In this document: one piece after another, positions 51,500 through 64,000 of the stretch
Position numbering within the stretch: the first letter of the stretch is position 1
Layout of the letters: the number at the start of each line of letters is the position of its first letter
Program-made: the position numbers and the translations under genes
Source of the DNA: Octopus vulgaris
Lineage: Eukaryota
NCBI GenBank assembly: GCA_951406725.2
Contig: OX597814.1
Coordinates: forward strand, 22,506,001-22,570,000
DNA length: 64,000 nt
Direction of reading: 5' to 3'
The notes under the pieces: model-generated
Database searches by the model: none
Told to the model about the DNA's origin: nothing
What the model saw: the letters and a program-made list of their open reading frames with translations, nothing else

Positions 51500-54300
51500 C
51501 TAAAATATACAAATGAAAAAGCTGCTGAAAGAAGTACAAATACTTTGAAAATATGTCAGCAAAAATTTAATATTTGAATATCAATAGCACTTCAGATAAT
51601 CAGATATCATTGCTAAATTTTGAAGGGGAAGAGCGCCGTAACTTATTGAAACAAAATATGCAGTTTGATATCAACACGAAAATATTTCGCTGAGAAACAG
51701 AAAGCCATGTAGCACCAGCACACTTAAGGAAAGAAAATGAGGAAATTTTATTGACAACTACAGGCAAAAATCTTTAAAATAAAAGGTATTACTCCCAATA
51801 AACAAGTGAAGTAGAACAGTTGTATTGTAATAATATGAGCAATTGGAAAGGAACTAAGAAATAGCATACTTCATTAACATAGTGCTTGCAAAATCATTTC
51901 ATCGTATACTGAAAAAGCCAGAAAGATATCCTAGGTAAGTCACTGTGGGAAAAACATTGTAATTCTAAAGACTGGCCAAAACTACATATTTTCTTCAAAC
52001 TATAAATTCCTCATAACATGTTTGCCTACAATATATAAAAATAAACTTAAAAGGTAATATTTTGTAAAGTATAAATACACATTCGAAAAAAAGACAATAG
52101 TGAGGTTGAATAGATCTAAATTGAAGAAAAGATCAGTTACTAATCTAGAAATTCATAAACGAAAATGGTATGAGTGAAAACAATCGTCGGAGCATGACAT
52201 GGATTAGGTACCACGAGGCTTGTTACTGCGTTCAATATTCGTAATTGCTAAAAATATTAGGTGTGCGTAAGAAACGCTCATATGAAATAGGTACGAAGAA
52301 CGTGATATGAATAAATGAAAATACATTTTGTAGCTTCAAATGAAAGAGAGATGGGAAAAAACTTAGTATAAGAGGAATGTTCCTAGTGGATTCCCTTCCT
52401 CATCTACTTATTCTCTGCTAAGCGCAAACACCTTCAACTAAGATGCTAAAGTAGAATGATTTAGATACAAATGCTGTGAAAGGACAATCTGGTTTATGCA
52501 TTAGCTAAAGTTGCACGATTCTAAGAAGTATTACTACACTCTGTACACGGATTTAGTGTACGAATTGAACAGGTGTTCAGGTTAAAGTGTGCAACGACAC
52601 GGCAACCTTGTAGAGAAAGTTTATGAAATTTATAAGATAACAATATAATATTGATTTCAAACTTTGATACAAAGCCAGCAATACTGGGGAAAGAGTAAGT
52701 CAATTACATCGCCCCCTGTGCTCAACTGGTACTTATTTTATTGACTCCGAGAGGATGAAGGTAATTAAACAAATACAATACCCACTTATATAAAAATGTT
52801 TCTAAAGAATATAATATTCATAATAAATTAATACTTTAACTGGAGGAATATATAGAGATATGAACACTGCAGTTATATTAACACAAGTTTTTGTGATAAT
52901 ATTCTCAGCAAGACACGTCTTTAGGCGTGAAGATAAGAAAGACAATGATTGAATTCTCAATGTACCAACCACAAGCCGGCAGAGGTATTCTGCATCGAGG
53001 ATCCGATTATATAATTATTTAGTGTAGAGCCATAAAGATTATTATTTAAATATAAACTAAACTGTTTTGTTTCTCGCCAAGGAAACTAAGTAATGTAAAA
53101 CAGAGCTGAACTAACTGAAACAAAAATACAGAAAATTAAAAACTAAAATCTCAGTTGACTACAACGTTGGAGAAGAAAGCTCCCAAAACGTCACTACAGA
53201 ACAAAGTGAAAGCAAACACTGAAAGCAAAATATCTTAAAATATCTGAAATATAGAATATTCAGAAATCCGGAAATACTGTGCAGTATCGTACAATATACC
53301 GTATCCTTGCGTTGAGGAAGCACAGCCTTGAAGTTGGTTAATTTGTGCAACAGATAGCCTTGTTCTTTATGTTTTTATGTGGTTTGATGAAGATCAAAAA
53401 TACTCTGCTTTTGAAGCGCATTAATTTGTACCTTCAACTGTCTAATAAAATGATTTTCTTTACCTCGTTTAATTTTCACCATTACACTGTATACGTAGTT
53501 CAGTGTATTATATTTATAATGTTGTAGATCGATTAATAATATCAACGAAGCTCTACTTTAGGAATGAATTAATTTTTACCTGTTGATATATATTATATAA
53601 TTTTTAACTTTCCAAAGTTTATGTTATGTATTTAGGCCCTCTCCAGAAAGCCAGAAAACCCCGAAATCAGGACCATTTCTGGTCTCAAGCATCCCGGATA
53701 TTTGGTCCGGTACCATATAAATTTAACATAGCAGTATTTAGCAAATGCAGGATAAAACTTAAATGAAAACATTTGATCGGTAGACAAGACCAGAATCAGA
53801 AAAAAAGCTACCAATACAATGTAGAAGATAGAATACAAGACTAACTTTGGAATATGTAGTCTGTAAATAAACAATCTACCATATTGTTGAATGACCAGTC
53901 CTATTTCAGAATTAGACATTTTTACAATGGACACTATAGTAGTATTCTGAAACGTTAACAAAAATGATGCAGTAGATTTTTACAAAATGAACATTCTCTG
54001 GGATATATATCTTTACACAAACATGGAGAATAAGGTAAGGTAAATCATCCATCAGCGAAAGAAACTTTTATAACCTATATGTGAACTGAAAAGGGTAAAA
54101 CAGTATCTCGAATATAAATACAAAACTATCTAAAACTAGAAACAGAGATATCTAGGAAATGTGGAACGAAAAAAGAAACAAATTCCATAACAAGTACTCT
54201 CGGAATAGTGACAACATATACGAAGAAATATATTATCGAAGTGCCATGATTTATACTCATTCACATGAAAGGATATCACCATTTACCTTTTCACATATAT
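51500..54300 (+). mobile_element. Highly degraded A-rich LINE remnant (possibly R4-like), interrupted
   Basis: A-rich strand bias; faint RT-like RGMFLVDSLP at ~52370 and endonuclease-like tail at ~54130-54210; boundaries uncertain. Confidence 0.35.
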
Positions 54301-55711
54301 TATGTAGTCTCAATAAGTAAGAAAAACACAAAAATAATTTCATGTATCAAGGCACAAGGAGCTGCATTCTTCTGCCTAGAAAAAGCTTGTAAAATTGCAT
54401 GCACGACAGAGTATCATAGTCGTAATGAATCGATTCTTAAATCGGAGATCAATGAAAAATATGTGTTTGATATGAAAACTGTAGTTATAATAATTTTTCT
54501 AATTTAGGCAGAAGGCCAGTAATTTTGAGTGGAGTGATTAACCGACCTCAGTACTTGATTGAAATGTTGAAAGGAAAAGTCAGCGTTGACTAGATTTGAA
54601 CACAGAACAAAAACGAAGAGAAAAGCAGAAGGCATTTCTTTAACAATTCTACCGACTCACTGCCCTGTTGAAGTACTAAAAAGTGATAGAAACAATTAAA
54701 GTAATAGTAGAAATAATGATATTTTGTAAGTGGTTTGGACCTAATATTTTTGAATTCTAAGAATAGATGCAATTGATTGATTTTAAAAGTAGTGGTTTAT
54801 GCTGCTTAAACAGGTTCAAAAATACAAACTGCATAATATTAAGCTAAGATATTTATTTCTGAAGTTAAAAATACATCTTTTCTTGTTAGAAGACTTTGTG
54901 ATTGGAACTAAATATGAGTGTGAAATTTTTTAATATAATTCATGCTTTAACAAATCTGCTTCATGTAAAGATGTTTCTAGAAAGAGCATAAAAATACAGC
55001 AATGGCAATTTTTCTTTATCATGCGGATTGAACTTGAACCGATTGATGTGCTTTTGCTTTACTTTTACTTAGATATTAACTTTTTTAATACAGCTGAATC
55101 CCAATTTTGAACCGAGAGTAAGTTCCAAACATTTAGAGAATGTAAAAATGCGTCCAGTATATATTCATATGCGTTAAATAAAAAATGATGAAAAAAGGTT
55201 TTGGAGAATATAACGATTAGTAATTATATTCTATCAGAATAAGGATTTATAACTTCGACAAATATCATCAGTTTTTTTTGTTTCGAAGAAGTAAAAGTCT
55301 ACATAGATTTATCGTTCGTACGTTATTAGGTTAGTCCTGAACACAAGACTGCCGATATGGCATACCCAGGCTTTCCAAAACTGGTGAGATCGATGCAGTT
55401 AACGTTCGGTTTGGACAGTTACAAATTCAGGACTGCAGGAAAAAAGGAAAAAAAAAATCACAGAGAGAGAATTTCAGAGAAATGAAATAGAGGAGTCGGT
55501 GATTTTAGTGAGATGGCTGTAATATGAACGTTGAGCAGAGAAGAGACAATTAGGTACAACATTGTAGTAGCGGTAGGAAAAGCTGAGGAGATAGACAGAC
55601 AGACAGACAGATAGATAGATAGATAGAGAAAGCATAATAATGGGCCAGTCCTGACGAGCAACTTCATGCCAACTTCTCTCGCGGCCTTGTTGGCTACTTT
55701 TCAAGATGTCT

Positions 55712-56090
55712 AGGCGTAGGAATGGCTGTGTGGTAAGAAGCTTGCTTCCCAACCACATAGTTCTGGGTTCACTTCCACTGTGTGTCAACTTGGGCAAGTG
55801 TCTTTTACTATAGCTTCGGGCCGACCAAAGCCTTGTGAGTGGATTTTGTAGAGGGAAACTGAAAGAAGCAAGTTGTATACTCTCTCTTTGCTCTTATACT
55901 TCTTTCGGTCATTTGACTGCGGCCATACTGCAGCACCACCTTTAGTCGAGGAAATCGATCCCAGGATTTATTCTTTGTAAGCATAGTACTTATTCTATCA
56001 GTCTCTTTTGCTGAACCGCTAAGTTACGGGGACGTAAACACAATACCATCGGTTGTCAAGCGATGGTGGGGGGACAAGCATACACATACA
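55712..56090. mobile_element. SINE family A: 5' half on plus (55712-55878), 3' half on minus (55880-56090)
   Basis: Plus head ggcgtaggaatggctgtgtggtaag...ggaaactgaaagaagc followed directly by the reverse-complemented tail gtcatttgactgcggccat...ggttgtcaagcgatgg. Confidence 0.8.
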
Positions 56091-58577
56091 CACACACACA
56101 CACTCACACACACACACAGAAGCGAATATGTATACGGCATATTGACTACACATATCAAGAGATATGCTTTAGTAAAATAAACAGGAGCTGAAATAAACAA
56201 GAATTAGTGCAATCTTCACTTTAGAACAAGCGTCAAAGTGAAGCAGAGGTTCAAGTAGGAATAGGAAAATGTTGGACATAACTAATGAACTAACACCGAT
56301 CGATCAGCTAACTCGAAGTGTCACAGAGTTCAGAAGTAAGGGATGGGCGTTGATTAGTATGTGAACTTGTGAGTAGTTGTTATTAGGAATCGGTTGAATG
56401 TTCCTGATAAGTGATGAGATGTTTGTTTATTAGCACTTGAGGTTTGAGATGGGAAAATGAGTCGATCTTGATATTTGGCACATACTTCAATGGAATATAT
56501 TTTATTAATCTGAAAAGAATAAAAGCAGCAAAATAAAATTTGTTGGATGTATCTGATATTACAAACTCAAAAGAATGTACAAAAATATACAAGACATATA
56601 CTATACATTGCTCTCATTATACTGTCTATAAAACCAACTTAAAAACCAAAAAAATATGTCGAATCTTTGTACTATGTTTTGATTTTGTGATTTGATACAA
56701 ATGTTAGCTTGAGTTTAAATATTTCGTTCTTGATGTTCACATAAGTGTTTTTGTTATATGTCCAGGCATAAATGTAGTTATATAACATTTTGTATTAATT
56801 GCATGTCTGTGTTCTAATTATTTTGTATATTTTACACATTAGAGATATCCGTGTTTAATTATTATATATATAATTTATATATTAATTTTCATAGAATTAA
56901 TATATGAATTAATCACAAATATCCTGGACTGACTTTGATACTTGTTTCACGATCCGTTCTGATTTGAAGAAATTTGCTTACGAACCATTATATATATCTT
57001 TATATTACAGTATTTAATGATTATACTTCACGTGGTTCTGAGAAATCGCTTTGCTATTCAATACAAAATACCAATATTGATTTTTAACAGAACCGTCAGT
57101 CACTAAATATCTAATTAATATCACAGCTGTAGCAACATTAGGTCTTCTGAATTCAAAAATACCAAATTTTCGAATTAATTGAACTGACCACACTTAACGA
57201 TTTCACATACACTGTATTAGTGGTGGTGGTCTCAATACCATATAATAGATTAAGGAACTAATCTCGTGTTCTATATAAAGGAACCGTCCACAATATTAAA
57301 GCAAAAGCTCAAGATTTCATATACTTCAGTTCTAAAAGCGACTGAACTTAGCCAACTATTCCAGAAAACTCTCCGTTTGACTAAATTCTGCTGATGCATC
57401 CCATCATCGGTTACCTTGGATTCTAGAATTTTATTCTTCATGTAATCAATTAAAAAAAATTTAGTATCAAGCAAAGCTAAACAACACTTTTTTTGCAGCG
57501 TATAACATCTGCAGAAAGAACTATGTTTCTAATCCAGAACGGACCAGCACGCTCATACATTAACACAAATGATTACCTAACAATTATCATTTGTAATAAA
57601 TTTTTGTAGGTTTTCCATATACAAGACACTTTTTCTAAATTGCTTGTGGCAGATAAGGCATTACATAAGCTGGTCAAATATTGTGAGTTCAAATCTAGTG
57701 CTGGGGTTTCCATGTGTTTCCGATTAGGAGACTTAATTCTGAAACACCTTAGTTATTGGCTACATACGTAGCGCATAACGTGTGTAGGTTACTTGCGATG
57801 TAGATAAGCTCATGAGGGCATCTGTATACAGTCAATCGACCTGCTAGAAAACATAAAATCACACTATACCGTCTTAGAGAAAATGGAAAACATTCTGGAT
57901 AACAGAAGAAAGGCTGTTTTATCATTGATCTCCTTTGTTAAGGCTGACCTGTATTAAATATCGTTGTCGACAGTCTTCTAGAGACCTACGTCCATTACCA
58001 GGAGACGTAATCATCTGCTTCAAACGTGATCCCAGAGCGAAGATCAAAATTATAAGTATTCCAAAGCAAGTAAGTTTAATTTTGTTTTTACATTACACAC
58101 CACATAACGATGTCAGATACAGTTCGTTAAATTGCCAATGTTTTTATTCAACTATCTATTGGGAGTTTTAATAAGTCAGTATTTGGTATTTGTGTAACTC
58201 AGTATAAGTGTTGCTTCATTTTGTTTGTAAATATAGTGCCTTTACTCGGATTTGGACATCTAATTAATATAATCGATTTTGATATCGAATAAAATAATCC
58301 ACTGTTAAGTGGATTATTCTTCCAATAATGTGTTTTATCTTAACAACTCAACTCGCTGGCTCACTTAATCGTTCCGAACGACTCGACTTTTTAAGGTAAT
58401 GTTGACTGTCGACCAACCATTACTAGATAAATGGCAGTGTTTAAGTGAATGTTTTCCTCGATAGAGTATATTTCGCCATTTATTTCCTCTTGTGATATTT
58501 GTTGCGTATCTTCGTCGTTTTTAATGGTATTCTTTTGCGTGTATATGTTATTTTGTTTGTGCTTAAGTGTATAAGAA

Positions 58578-58672
58578 ATCACCATCATCACCGTTATCAC
58601 TTCCACCACCATCTCTGCCACCACCACCACCACCACCACCACCATCACCACCACCACCAACAACAACAACTA
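58578..58672. repeat. (CAC)n/(CAA)n microsatellite
   Basis: Direct inspection; generates the spurious poly-His ORF. Confidence 0.9.
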
Positions 58673-60510
58673 CAAAAACAACATTTTGATCATTATAATT
58701 ACACACGACGCACTATAGATGATAACGCCTGGAAGCCAAATAAGAATAGATTTTTCCTTCAATCACGTTTTCAGAAATGTATTCAAAAAAGTGGTTTCAT
58801 TAGGGTATCAGATTCTAGGCAATTAGACATTTATATTTTGTTGAAACACGATTTCCTTTATAGTTGTTTAAAGCAAAATAAAAGCTTCTTCGGGAATATA
58901 CCAAGCAATTCCAAATATATTACGAAAACAACTTTCGATTTGTTGGGAATAGTTATATACAGGATTTAAATAATTTCTGGAATTCTTTATAATGTATATT
59001 GTGAGCAGATCAACATCGATTATATTAAATGCTTTGTTTTTTTAAAGGCTTTATCAGACTACAAGTTGTATGGTAAACCACATTATTATCATCATCATCA
59101 TTATCGTTGTCGTCGTCGTCGTCGTCGTTCCCCTCCTAATCATAATCTGAATCATCACCATCTTTGTTTAAAATTTTGATCCAAGATCAGAAAGTTTAAG
59201 AGGAAAACGCTAATACTTGATTGGTATTTTATTTTATTTTATCGACCCCAATAGGATGAAAGAAAAATTTGCCTTGGCAAGATTTGAACTCAAAGAGTTG
59301 GATAAAATACCGTAAGGCATTTTGTGCGACACTCTAATGATTCTGACTACCGTCACCTTAAACTATAAAAAATTCAATAGTATAGTTAAATTCGAGTAGA
59401 ATTTAAACCTACAACTTAGTGATCAGGAGCAACTACTGTAAAGTATTTTATTTGACGCTATAACGACTCAGCAAAATAATAATCATTATGGAGTAGAATG
59501 AAAGAGATATAAAAACAAGGACAAATGGCAAAAACGATGATGGCTTATTCAGATTGGTTATGAAATAACAGCTCCAGAAATCATACTGAGATTTGTATGA
59601 TACCCTCACCACTCTTACCCAGCTTTTAATAAATTTATTTCTTTTCCAACTCCATTTCCCTCCAAGTGATGTTGGTATGAGCAAGAAGAAAATGTCAGTC
59701 GCCAGCCCTTTGAATGCTGTCTATCACATAATTTATTTCACCGGCTCCAACAGACAGTAGGAAACGTACTCAGGATAAAAGTGGTTGATAGGCCCAACTT
59801 TTCTACACATGACATTCGTTGTTCGACTTAACTCCACATGTCAGTAAGACCCAAACAATTAATGAATGCTTGAAAACCGGTTTCTTTGTTTTGTGTACGT
59901 TACGAACAGGCCCAGCTCTTCCTGTTACCATATATGTAGAGTTCATCCTGAACGGGCAATAACTACGTTTATAACACTCAGATTAGGATGTTCAATTGAC
60001 CTTCCTTGATGAATAGAGTTTCCACAGTAAACTTTCTAACTTACAACCGAAAACGTTGCCATACTGGAAGCGAATCGAGAACGCTTAACTACATTCCAGA
60101 TGTGAGATGCATATTCTTACATTTTGCTTAATTCATTTAAAAAGGATATAATTTACAGAGACGACTCTTTATCGCAGTCTAGGAATATTTGCAAATGTTA
60201 TGCCTTCAGCTCTCGTCCTTACATAATCGGCATACATATCGAGCTATGTATGCAGGGTGTGCTGACAGCGTATACACCCTTTGACTGTGGTGTGCCTTAC
60301 TCCATCAAGAAGTGTACGAACAGACACATCAGGTTTTTCAGATAACAAGTTACATAAAACACTCCTGCCCGACCAGTCAAGTGTAGCTGCTTGTTAGTCC
60401 ATTTCTGAACGAGACTGATCTGTCAGTACTTAAACACGTCCCGGTGTTATCCACTTCGATATCTGCCTCGTAGCAGATGGTTCATCGATCACCGGTATAT
60501 TGCATTAATG

Positions 60511-60742
60511 ACGGTGACCTGGCAGAAACGTTAACACGCCGGTCCAAATGCCTAACGGTATTTCATCTGCCGTTACGTTGTGAGTTCAAATTCCGTCGAG
60601 GTTGACTTTGCCTTTCATCCTTTCGGGGTCGATAAATTAAGTACCAGTTACGCACTGGGGTCGATGTAATCGACTTAATACATATGTCTGTCCTTGTTTG
60701 TCCCCTCTGTGTTTAGCCCCTTGTGGGTAATAAAGAAATAGA
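60511..60742 (+). mobile_element. SINE family B, near full length
   Basis: ggtgacctggcagaaacgttaacacgcc...gagttcaaattcc...ggggtcgataaattaagtaccag...gggtaataaagaaata. Confidence 0.85.
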
Positions 60743-61206
60743 TATATTGCATTAATGTTACACTGATTGAGAAGAAATAAGTTAATGCCCGGACGAAATC
60801 CGAATCATGAATTGTGGTCTCAGCTTATTTCCTGTGTCACACACACACATACACACACACTAAATTGTAAGATAAATACTAGAAGACATGTCTCGTAGAG
60901 AATAGTTAATGAAGCAAAAAAATACTCGCCCTCAGATATATACATAGGCACATACACACATACATACAAATACACCAGAGGATAATGGTACATAAAAATG
61001 GTAAGGTACCTCCTAGGACATGACAAAAATCTTTCAAATATAAAGATAACTGCAACAACCGGCAGCCAATATATTGAAATCTAACAATTGATAAATACAC
61101 AACAGAGCTCGCAGAAGAATGTTCTGCTTTAAAAACAGAAATAGAAGTAAATTTTCTACACACACACACACACACTAAAAGTCTGATTCCAGTCAAGACT
61201 GTTTGC

Positions 61207-61251
61207 ATATATATATATACATGTACATACATACATACATACATACATACA

Positions 61252-61285
<34 letters not shown>

Positions 61286-61294
61286 CACACACAC

Positions 61295-61350
<56 letters not shown>
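61207..61350. repeat. (TACA)n/(TA)n microsatellite
   Basis: Direct inspection. Confidence 0.95.
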
Positions 61351-61352
<2 letters not shown>

Positions 61353-61949
61353 AGTCCCCATGACAGCAAGACACCGCAAGTAAAAACTACTCAAATAATA
61401 CAAAATTAGAATAATCCAGAAATTGAATGACCACAGACATCAGGAAATTATAGGAAAACGATGGTATGACGCTATTATGGTTTACAGCTATGCACACACC
61501 ATCGACCACATATAGTTAGTTTAAAAAATAAGAAAACCAAATAAAGCAATTTTTCACAAATGTGATGTGTAATGTCTCTCAGACGTAAATATATTTTTAA
61601 AAGAATCTGAAAAGTTTTCGAAGTATAAACATTGAGAGAGCCAGAGTGGACACAATTGTTTTTCCAGATGTAATAGCAGTACTAGTGATTATACTTACAC
61701 GAGGAGGTTGACGCAAAGTAAAGGAAAAGAAGAATTATACGTGACCACCGTCCTAGGTAAGTGTTAAAACAATGTGTACTTTTAGAAGGAAACCTCGTGG
61801 AAGTATTTCTATTGGATACAAAATATATATTATCAAGTAGCAGAACAAACCTATAGTTTTCTTCGAATATACACACGTTCAGCAACCCTAAAATGGTCAG
61901 GTAGAATTGTTTTACTAGCCCCCAACTGTACAAATACGAACCAAGCGTT

Positions 61950-61994
<45 letters not shown>

Positions 61995-63394
61995 TATCAT
62001 GAACGAGTGATAAAGCTAAGTTCTAACATATTTTTGAGATTTTTGAAACAGAAATTCTGAGGTCTAAGAGTTTGTGTTGAGAAAAATTATTTTAGCTATA
62101 TAATATTAATAAGTAATGTAGTTGAGGCTACCTTTTGTGTGTATATCAATTATGTTTTTATGTTGGTAAAAGAAACCAAATCTCATTAGTGTATTGGGAT
62201 GATAAGGTATGTTGTGGGGCGTTAGGTTACACACAAATGATACTTGTGTTCTGAAAATTAAGATAGGCTTAGGGTGATAATATTTGCATAGGAGTGTGTA
62301 ATATAGTGTACACAGATTGGCCTTGAAGTACACAATCTGATAGATGGATTTGGAGAGTACATTGTTGGCATAAACTGAGATATATTTCTGTAGGCTGAAT
62401 GTAGATACTATATGAAGACTTTGCTTCTCCGAGAATACTACTAACAGTAGCATCTTCATTGAGATGTGGTCAGCAGCAGATTCCTGAAATTTTGTTAGGT
62501 AACGTAAGGAGCAAATTGTCTTGCAACAATTTACAACTAGAAAGCTGTATGATGCATTGAACTTATCTTTTGCGTTTTTGATGATTGTTTTGCTGGCGTC
62601 TCAATTTTGAACGCACATTGTAATCTTTGACGGTGGTTTAGATGATTGCCTTCAGATGTTGGCACTTTTCATTACTCTTATTTATACATATATATATTGA
62701 GTGGTTACCGACTTTGGTCAACTGAGGATTGAGAAGAGAATATTTAGGAGGATGGTTTTTATTGCCCACTTGGAGATTTAGATGGGTTACATATATACAA
62801 TATTGCAAGTGTAGTCTGCATAAAACTTTTATTGTCCCGACAAGTTGGTTGACGTGTTGTACCAGACGATTTAAGATATAGATGATGTACAGTTGTTTGC
62901 TTGATTAGGCAGTAATCAGAGATGGAGAGATAGAGAGAAAGAAAGAGAGAGAGAAAGAGAGAGAGAGGGGTGAGAGAGAGAAAGAGAGGAAGAAAGAGGT
63001 CAGCGGCTGAGCAAAGGCTGGAAATAGAAGTGGGATTGATATGGTGTCACATACGCCTGTTGGCCTCCCATGGATACGAATAAATGTGGTATTTAACTAG
63101 TGTAGGTCGTTCAGAGTAATCACTCTTTTTAGATACCTGGAACTGGATATCTCAGATAATAGGTTAAAAAATGCTGGTCGTGAAAGTGAAACTAAGAATT
63201 TCATAGATACAACAATTGTTAGTCGAACCACAAGCCATTAAACTAACCAATTTTAGAACAAAAGAAATATTAAATATTGGTGTTGTGATGAATGTGAGGA
63301 AGTCGGAGTATCGTTGTTATTCATGAGGAAATAGGGGGAGAGGTTTCCGTTGAAGAATAAAGGGAGATGCAGAGTCCGAAGAAATAGAATGAAA

Positions 63395-63655
63395 AGAAGT
63401 TGAGAAAGACGAAGAGAAGACGGAGACGACAACGACAAAGAAGAAGAAGAAGAAGAAGAAGAAGAAGAAAGAGAAGAAAACGAAGAAGTGGAAGAAGATG
63501 ATGAGGATGAGGAAGAAGAAGAAGAAGGAGAAGAAAAAGAGGAGAAAACGAAGTAGAAGAAGATCATGATGATGATGAAGAAGAAGAAGAAAAAGAGAAG
63601 AAAACGAAGAAGATGTGGAAGAAGATGATGATGATGAAGAAGAAGAAGAAGAAGA
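63395..63655. repeat. (GAA)n/(GAT)n low-complexity repeat
   Basis: Direct inspection. Confidence 0.9.
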
Positions 63656-64000
63656 GCTATCTGTTTTGTGGATATATTTTCAAATAACTCATATTTGAAA
63701 TAAATCTGCAAGCAAAGTGAATGCATTATATAGCAATCAGTTTTGTAAATAAATTTATAGATTCCGCAAAAGAATATGGTTTAGATGCAACGTGCACTCA
63801 TAAAGAAATGAAAATCCAGAAGACGAATAAAAGAAAATTGCGTTCTCATTTACATCTGTTCGTGTTTTCTTGCAACAAATGAGCGCTTCAGCAGCATAAC
63901 ACTGACAGCTTAAACATCTTATTTCATTGTATAATCTCATGGTTAAGACATACGCTATTCGACGTGCCTTACAAATAAGATTTCTTTTGCATTTCTATTC

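Noticed and set aside
58499-58969. 156-aa ORF with poly-His/Gln
   Set aside because: Non-ATG start, driven by CAC/CAA repeats, no domain

Overview
AT-rich, microsatellite- and SINE-dense animal genomic DNA; the SINE families resemble those of cephalopods (Octopus), which is an inference from recall. I can identify no host protein-coding gene. The main features are two essentially identical full-length ~6.14-kb Helitrons in divergent orientation (1734-7877 minus; 14327-20467 plus), each with an A|TC 5' end, a 3' hairpin plus CTAG|T end and no target-site duplication (TSD). In both copies the Rep/helicase transposase is split: ORF1 (nuclear localisation signal (NLS), nine 23-aa STPR-like repeats, Cys-rich Helitron N-domain) overlaps ORF2 (HUH-Y2 Rep plus PIF1 helicase) in the -1 frame. 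The switch falls on an in-frame C CCA AAG heptamer, so this is a candidate programmed -1 frameshift, although a shared homopolymer deletion or assembly error is the main alternative. Copy A interrupts an older repeat whose uninterrupted paralog lies at ~25.7-26.3 kb. The rest is TE debris: Penelope-like fragments with several minimal hammerhead-ribozyme motifs, R4/Dong-like and RTE LINE fragments, mariner and maT remnants, tRNA-derived SINEs (some nested with TSDs), a 253-bp fold-back and many simple repeats.
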